Source of the DNA: a virus | Taxonomy: Duplodnaviria; Caudoviricetes | DNA length: 64,000 nt | Virus record (IMG/VR): IMGVR_UViG_3300044695_004869 | Direction: 5' to 3' (one strand) | In this document: positions 60,113-64,000 of the stretch, piece after piece | How positions within the stretch are numbered: position 1 is the first letter of the stretch | Layout: every line of letters starts with the position of its first letter | Notes under the pieces: generated by a model | The model's database searches: none | What the model saw: only the letters and a program-made list of their open reading frames with translations | Told to the model about the DNA's origin: nothing | Translations under genes and position numbers: made by a program

Positions 60113-60251
60113 TAACCCCAGTGGGAATCGAACCCACCTTGTAAACTACTTGTAATGTTTGCTTAAACCTTTCGCTCCAATCCTAGTATTAAGGAGTGTT
60201 TAACCAATTTACCATCATTTACCCACTCATAGATTACTCTAATATGGGGTC
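60113..60251 (-). ncRNA. Expanded tRNA-like RNA (139 nt)
   Basis: Acceptor GACCCCA/TGGGGTT, T-arm GTGGG-TTCGATT-CCCAC, internal D-loop-like TGGTAAATTGGTTAAAC and extra hairpins. Confidence 0.6.
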
Positions 60252-60257
60252 ATATTG

Positions 60258-60327
60258 TGGACACTGTGGGAATCGAACCCATACGATCTGATTGCAAATC
60301 AGTCGACCTGCCGTCGGCATCAGGCCC
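60258..60327 (-). tRNA. Atypical tRNA-Ala(TGC)
   Basis: Loop TTTGCAA, G3-U70, bulged acceptor stem and shrunken D-arm. Confidence 0.6.
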
Positions 60328-60337
60328 ATAAAAAAAA

Positions 60338-60527
60338 ACAAATCTTCCGTGATCACCACGGGTTTAGATTTTACCGATGGTTTGTTCCCCATCACCTGTT
60401 ACGTGGCCACGTAGAGCAGGGTCCATTACAGAGTACCTTGGGACATTCAAACTCTCCGTAAAGGTTGCGATCCTATGAGAGCCAAGGTTCCTTTCATCCG
60501 CGCTAATCGGACTTCTGTAAGATTTGT
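60338..60527 (-). ncRNA. Structured ~190-nt RNA in a tRNA spacer
   Basis: 9-bp closing stem ACAAATCTT/AAGATTTGT with nested TTACAGA/TCTGTAA, CCTTGG/CCAAGG, CTCTC/GAGAG, GATGG/CCATC and CCGTG/CACGG helices. Confidence 0.6.
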
Positions 60528-60532
60528 TTTTG

Positions 60533-60605
60533 AGCGGGAGACGAGATTCGAACTCGCGACCTATAGCTTGGAAGGCTATAGCTCTACCAACTGAGCTACT
60601 CCCGC
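60533..60605 (-). tRNA. tRNA-Gly(TCC)
   Basis: ATAGC-CTTCCAA-GCTAT; U73. Confidence 0.93.
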
Positions 60606-60611
60606 TTATTG

Positions 60612-60692
60612 TACTGACGGTTGGATTCGAACCAACGTTTTAAACTTACCGCTACAGGCATAGATGATATAAGCATCCACTGGTACGTCAGC
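60612..60692 (-). ncRNA. D-armless tRNA-like RNA (possible TAT anticodon)
   Basis: Acceptor GCTGACG/CGTCAGT, hairpin GGATG-CTTATAT-CATCT, T-arm GTTGG-TTCGAAT-CCAAC. Confidence 0.6.
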
Positions 60693-60762
60693 ATTTAAGG
60701 GTGAACACGGGCCTAGCAAGCCGTCTTTCAGGAAAGGCCCTTCCACCTATTCACCCTTTTAG

Positions 60763-60835
60763 TAGCGGGAGCAGGACTCGAACCTGCGATCTCGGCTTAT
60801 GAGACCGAGCGGATAACCATCTTCCACATCCCGCG
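60763..60835 (-). tRNA. Initiator-type tRNA-fMet(CAT)
   Basis: C1/T72 mismatch; TCGGT-CTCATAA-GCCGA, with the third G-C pair replaced by U-G. Confidence 0.8.
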
Positions 60836-60853
60836 ATATATTATTTTACTCTG

Positions 60854-60937
60854 TACTCGAAGCGGGAATCGAACCCGCACTCCCGTTGGGGAACAGCATT
60901 TTAAGTGCTGCGTGTCTACCAATTCCACCACCCGAGC
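60854..60937 (-). tRNA. tRNA-Leu(TAA)
   Basis: CAGCA-CTTAAAA-TGCTG; long variable arm. Confidence 0.93.
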
Positions 60938-60955
60938 AAATAATCATTACCATTA

Positions 60956-61016
60956 TGTCAAAGAACCTTTTTCTTTTGTTCCACAAAGATAAGTAGAATT
61001 TTTCAATCCGACAAAC
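60956..61016 (-). promoter_or_regulatory. Bacteroidota-type promoter plus boxA for the tRNA operon
   Basis: TTTG, 19-nt spacer, TATCTTTG (60991-60984), then GGTTCTTTGACA (60967-60956). Confidence 0.75.
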
Positions 61017-61052
61017 ACTTTGTAAAATATTTTTTAAAAAACTTATAAAATC

Positions 61053-61083
61053 AAAAAACCCACCTCTTTTGGAGATGGGTTTC
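61053..61083 (-). terminator. Intrinsic terminator
   Basis: AAACCCATCTC-caaaa-GAGGTGGGTTTTTT. Confidence 0.8.
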
Positions 61084-61104
61084 AAATTTTGTATATACAG
61101 AAAT

Positions 61105-61173
61105 TTACACCATCTCCTTGAAGGTTGTCTCAGCTAAATCGCCCCCTATCAATAATATGTGTAAATTTTTCAT
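61105..61173 (-). CDS. 22-aa micro-ORF
   Basis: MKNLHILLIGGDLAETTFKEMV between TATTTATA (61195-61202) and a terminator. Confidence 0.4.
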   Translation of the reverse strand: MKNLHILLIGGDLAETTFKEMV

Positions 61174-61234
61174 TTGCGTTTTTTAATGTTTTGTTATAAA
61201 TATACGATACTTTTTAAAAGTGTCAAGTTTTTTT

Positions 61235-61573
61235 TTAAGATACATAAATGTTTTTTGGAAAATCCCCAAATACAAATATAGTTACATCACATAACCATAG
61301 TTCCAAATTATATTCAATCCCCTTATATGTTTTCATTAAATACCAAGATCCTTCACCAACTTCAGGGGCTTCTCTTAAAAATTCTAATCTATTGGATCCA
61401 TCAAAATCTTCTGTTGACAATAAAACTTTAATATCGTTTTCACCCTGAGATACAATATCTAACATTATATCGGCACCTGATACCATTGCCAGATCTGCCC
61501 GACTTCCTTCCCATTCGGGCAGATCTACATACCACGTCCCCTCGTCTTTATAGAATTTAAATTGTCTTAACAT
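61235..61573 (-). CDS. Hypothetical protein (DUF6717-like)
   Basis: WYVDLPEW......L.MV.GAD.MLD and LWLC.V..FVFG..P motifs. Confidence 0.55.
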   Translation of the reverse strand: MLRQFKFYKDEGTWYVDLPEWEGSRADLAMVSGADIMLDIVSQGENDIKVLLSTEDFDGSNRLEFLREAPEVGEGSWYLMKTYKGIEYNLELWLCDVTIFVFGDFPKNIYVS

Positions 61574-61588
61574 ATTTACCTTTATTTG

Positions 61589-61662
61589 TACCCCCAACAG
61601 GACTCGAACCTGTAAAATTGTGATCCTAAATCACACGCGTATACCTATTCCGCCATGAGGGC
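61589..61662 (-). tRNA. tRNA-Leu(TAG) with short variable loop
   Basis: TGTGA-TTTAGGA-TCACA; variable region only ATTTT. Confidence 0.8.
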
Positions 61663-61671
61663 ATTTTGTTG

Positions 61672-61742
61672 AGGTCCCGATTGGATTTGAACCAACGTAA
61701 ACGGTTTTGCAGACCGCCTCCTAACCACTCGGACACAGGACC
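61672..61742 (-). tRNA. tRNA-Cys(GCA)
   Basis: GCGGT-CTGCAAA-ACCGT; U73. Confidence 0.93.
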
Positions 61743-61743
61743 A

Positions 61744-62196
61744 TTAACGGCAGTGATGATCTGCCGCTTTAGTTGCTATTTGATTGTCGGGTTTAATGTT
61801 TGTCTTGTAACCAAGAGACATTGCCCACCCAACAACAGGTTGAACAAGTTTTGAACTGAAGTATTTTTCTTGACTATTGTAATCTAAGTCAATTTGAACT
61901 TGAACTTTTACTTTTTGGGTTAACCATTCCGCAACCTCAATAGAATAGTCCGCTTCATTCCATAATCTCGTCCACTTATCCTTAATTTTTTTCATTTTTT
62001 GTTTATGTAAGATGTAATGAACACCTCTGTTACCATATCGGTAAGCAATTACGGTAACGTATACCGTACTTCTTCTGTGGTTCTGTGAATCCGTTCCAAT
62101 ATGAACCTCAACATATGGACATTCGTTTAAAACATCCAAGGTGTGAGATACCACATCTACCGATTCGCCTTGTACCGTTCTAAATACTCTGTTCAT
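61744..62196 (-). CDS. RNase H-like protein (YkuK/DUF458 family)
   Basis: HIGTDSQ, RLWNEA..S, IDLDYN and A..AAD motifs. Confidence 0.7.
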   Translation of the reverse strand: MNRVFRTVQGESVDVVSHTLDVLNECPYVEVHIGTDSQNHRRSTVYVTVIAYRYGNRGVHYILHKQKMKKIKDKWTRLWNEADYSIEVAEWLTQKVKVQVQIDLDYNSQEKYFSSKLVQPVVGWAMSLGYKTNIKPDNQIATKAADHHCR

Positions 62197-62211
62197 ATTA
62201 TTTGGTTTTTG

Positions 62212-62284
62212 TGGACCGGGAGGGAGTCGAACCCCCGACGCTTGGATCTTCAGTCCAACGCTCTACCAACTGAGCTACCAGTCC
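62212..62284 (-). tRNA. tRNA-Phe(GAA)
   Basis: TTGGA-CTGAAGA-TCCAA. Confidence 0.94.
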
Positions 62285-62788
62285 TTACTTTATTTGGAAT
62301 GCGTGTTTCACAATTCTTTTTCTTTTAACCGAATCTTCGTAATTACCGTGAACAATTCCATCTTTAATTGTAAATGCGTGACGGTTAACAAGTATAAAAA
62401 ATGTCCCAATTGGATTTTCTTTTATAAATGTTCCAACGGTCATTTTTCTATTAATTTTTTTACCGTTTATTTTAACCTTATACTCCAAAGAGTACACCAC
62501 ATAATTCCTCATGGTTGTTTTGGTTCCAATTGGTTTAATCTTCTTATGGTTTATTTGAGTTTGTTTTTTAGCCAACTCAACCATTTTAAAAACGGTACCG
62601 TAAGTACCTTTACGATCTACTCTCCCAAATTTTTCTTTAACATATTTGTGAGCCTTATCATAAGGGACCTCAAATGATGTTGCGAAAGCCCTTACAACAC
62701 AATCGTTAGTTTCTCTTTTTGCAATTTCGGAGTCCTGATAACCTATGACCCCAACGTGACTTGAACAGTATGGTAAATTTGTTTTCAT
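62285..62788 (-). CDS. Hypothetical phage protein (NDCVVRA motif)
   Basis: Start moved to ATG 62788, 4 nt after TATCTTTG; Cys and His (RHAF) could form a catalytic pair. Confidence 0.55.
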   Translation of the reverse strand: MKTNLPYCSSHVGVIGYQDSEIAKRETNDCVVRAFATSFEVPYDKAHKYVKEKFGRVDRKGTYGTVFKMVELAKKQTQINHKKIKPIGTKTTMRNYVVYSLEYKVKINGKKINRKMTVGTFIKENPIGTFFILVNRHAFTIKDGIVHGNYEDSVKRKRIVKHAFQIK

Positions 62789-62900
62789 AAGACAAAGATA
62801 CAAATTTATTTTCAATCTGCCAAATTTAATTTCTTCAGGGAGAACTCGGATGAGGTATCCTAACGGTTGTACCCTCACCACTTGTCTCCCGTCCTATTTG

Positions 62901-62972
62901 CGCGCCCCCAAGAACTCGAATCCTGACCGATGGGTTTGGAATCCATCATGCTAACCATTACACCAGAGACGC
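62901..62972 (-). tRNA. tRNA-Trp(CCA)
   Basis: Loop TTCCAAA; G73. Confidence 0.85.
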
Positions 62973-62982
62973 TTATGTTTTG

Positions 62983-63054
62983 TACCCCCTCAGAGATTCG
63001 AACTCCGACCTGACGCCTTAGAAGAGCGTTGTACTTCCGTTATACGAAAGGGGC
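62983..63054 (-). tRNA. tRNA-Arg(TCT)
   Basis: ACGCT-CTTCTAA-GGCGT. Confidence 0.9.
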
Positions 63055-63058
63055 AAAT

Positions 63059-63212
63059 AAAAGATGATGAATGACTTTATCAGGAATCTGGGATTCGTAT
63101 TTCTACGACGCTTCACACACCATTAGAGAGTTGAGCATTATTCTTATCCTTAGTGTGTACCCTTGCGACACGTCTCTCCACGTCTGTCATTCTACGCTTT
63201 GTATCATCTTTT
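63059..63212 (-). ncRNA. Structured ~150-nt spacer RNA
   Basis: Closing AAAAGATGA/TCATCTTTT, inner AATGAC/GTCATT, CACAC/GTGTG and CGTA-GAAA-TACG. Confidence 0.45.
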
Positions 63213-63213
63213 G

Positions 63214-63286
63214 TACCTTCGGCGAGATTCAAACTCACATCTTACGGGTCGTAACCGTAGGTTCTATTCTATTTAACTACGAAGGT
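63214..63286 (-). tRNA. tRNA-Arg(ACG)
   Basis: TACGG-TTACGAC-CCGTA; acceptor ACCTTCG/CGAAGGT. Confidence 0.88.
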
Positions 63287-63418
63287 ATAAATAGTTTTGG
63301 TCAACCACTCGCATCCCACCAATCTCTTGTATCAAACTTTTTGTAGTACAAACGATTATATCTCCTACGACTCATTCTCAACTCACTTGCCTAAGCCTTG
63401 TCCGTTGTAAACTATTTG

Positions 63419-63492
63419 TGTGTATGATGGGGGTCGAACCCATGACCTCTTGAATCACAATCAAGCACTCTGCCAACTGAGCTACATACACC
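63419..63492 (-). tRNA. tRNA-His(GTG)
   Basis: CTTGA-TTGTGAT-TCAAG; encoded G-1 opposite A73. Confidence 0.88.
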
Positions 63493-63498
63493 ATATAA

Positions 63499-63568
63499 GT
63501 CCCGTATAGTGGTATCGAACCACTCTAAAGTCGGATATGAGCCAACTTTGATCCCTGATCATACGGGA
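63499..63568 (-). tRNA. Compact tRNA with CAT anticodon and reduced D-arm
   Basis: Acceptor TCCCGTA/TACGGGA, D hairpin TGATC-AGG-GATCA, extended anticodon stem around CTCATAT. Confidence 0.6.
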
Positions 63569-63572
63569 GTTG

Positions 63573-63661
63573 AGGAAAGCAGTGGTAACGATCCACAATC
63601 GGTTTCTCACCGATCACATTGTTTAGCAAACAAGTCCCGTCGCCTTCAGGGATTACTTTCC
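63573..63661 (-). tRNA. tRNA-Ser(GCT), atypical T-loop
   Basis: Loop TTGCTAA, long variable arm, T-loop ATCGTTA, U73. Confidence 0.78.
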
Positions 63662-63719
63662 ATAGAGTGTGGTACTCCTGCAGTAGTTGGGGCACCCACA
63701 CAAGTTATTCCCCTTTTTG

Positions 63720-63793
63720 TGCTCATAACAGGACTCGAACCTATAACCTCCGACGTATCAGGTCGGCGCTCTCACCAATTGAGCTATATGAGC
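63720..63793 (-). tRNA. tRNA-Ile(GAT)
   Basis: CCGAC-CTGATAC-GTCGG. Confidence 0.93.
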
Positions 63794-63798
63794 GGTTG

Positions 63799-63870
63799 CG
63801 GACAAGGAAGGACTCGAACCTTCAACCACTCGATTAACAGTCGAGGGCTCTACCATTGAGCTACTTGTCC
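63799..63870 (-). tRNA. tRNA-Asn(GTT)
   Basis: CTCGA-CTGTTAA-TCGAG; G73. Confidence 0.94.
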
Positions 63871-63878
63871 ATTTTTTG

Positions 63879-63948
63879 TGGGAGCAAGTGGAATCGAACC
63901 ACTAAGACGATGTTTTACAGACACGATCAGGACCCTGCCGATACTCCC
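63879..63948 (-). tRNA. Atypical tRNA-Tyr(GTA) with short variable region
   Basis: Loop CTGTAAA, non-standard D-arm, no long variable arm. Confidence 0.65.
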
Positions 63949-63953
63949 TTTTG

Positions 63954-64000
63954 TACACTCTACAGGGATCGAACCTGTGACCTGTTGTATGTAAGACAAC
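63954..64000 (-). tRNA. tRNA-Val(TAC), 5' part outside the window
   Basis: GTTGT-CTTACAT-ACAAC plus T-arm and 3' acceptor strand. Confidence 0.85.

Noticed and set aside
547-63859. Many short shadow ORFs antisense or out of frame to real genes and tRNAs (for example 2941-3168, 33323-33718, 38727-39038, 60846-61085, 63509-63859)
   Set aside because: They overlap well-supported genes or tRNAs and have biased composition; some are mirror images of low-complexity codon repeats.
1-64000. Stop-codon reassignment
   Set aside because: Conserved genes (MCP, portal, TerL, gmd, ClpC) are full length in the standard code, and no canonical suppressor tRNA was found.

Overview
AT-rich segment of a large T4-like (jumbo-type) tailed phage genome. 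The host is most likely in Bacteroidota, based on many TAnnTTTG promoters, a Flavobacterium-like bS21 and A-rich starts without Shine-Dalgarno motifs. Layout, left to right: (1) a partial Cys/Pro-Thr-rich virion gene and hypothetical genes, including a stand-alone WYL-domain gene (1-5.7 kb); (2) a 16-kb glycosylation island with Gmd, an Fcl/ColC-type reductase, a ColD-like dehydratase carrying the His-for-Lys signature, a DegT aminotransferase plus acetyltransferase, GT11/GT10/GT23-like fucosyltransferases, GT2/GT4/GT25 enzymes, dUTPase, exonuclease and PhoH (5.8-21.7 kb); (3) a phage sigma factor and baseplate/structural genes (21.7-30 kb); (4) the head module: major capsid, scaffold, prohead protease, antisense bS21, portal and large terminase (30-45 kb); (5) nucleotidyltransferase, KTSC, an N-domain-less ClpC, an M28-type peptidase, and a tmRNA with a long tag convergent with smpB (45-52 kb); (6) an ORF-free, hairpin-dense ~900-nt RNA gene with its own promoter and boxA, possibly GOLLD-class (51.8-52.8 kb); (7) peptidoglycan hydrolase/holin genes (53-57 kb); (8) a tRNA array running off the right edge, interleaved with tRNA-like RNAs that keep acceptor and T arms but have rebuilt D/anticodon domains, and with self-closing structured spacers (57.6-64 kb). 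The strongest novelty candidates are this phage stable-RNA repertoire and the fucose/colitose/perosamine glycosylation island. All family assignments come from motif reading by eye; no database search was run.
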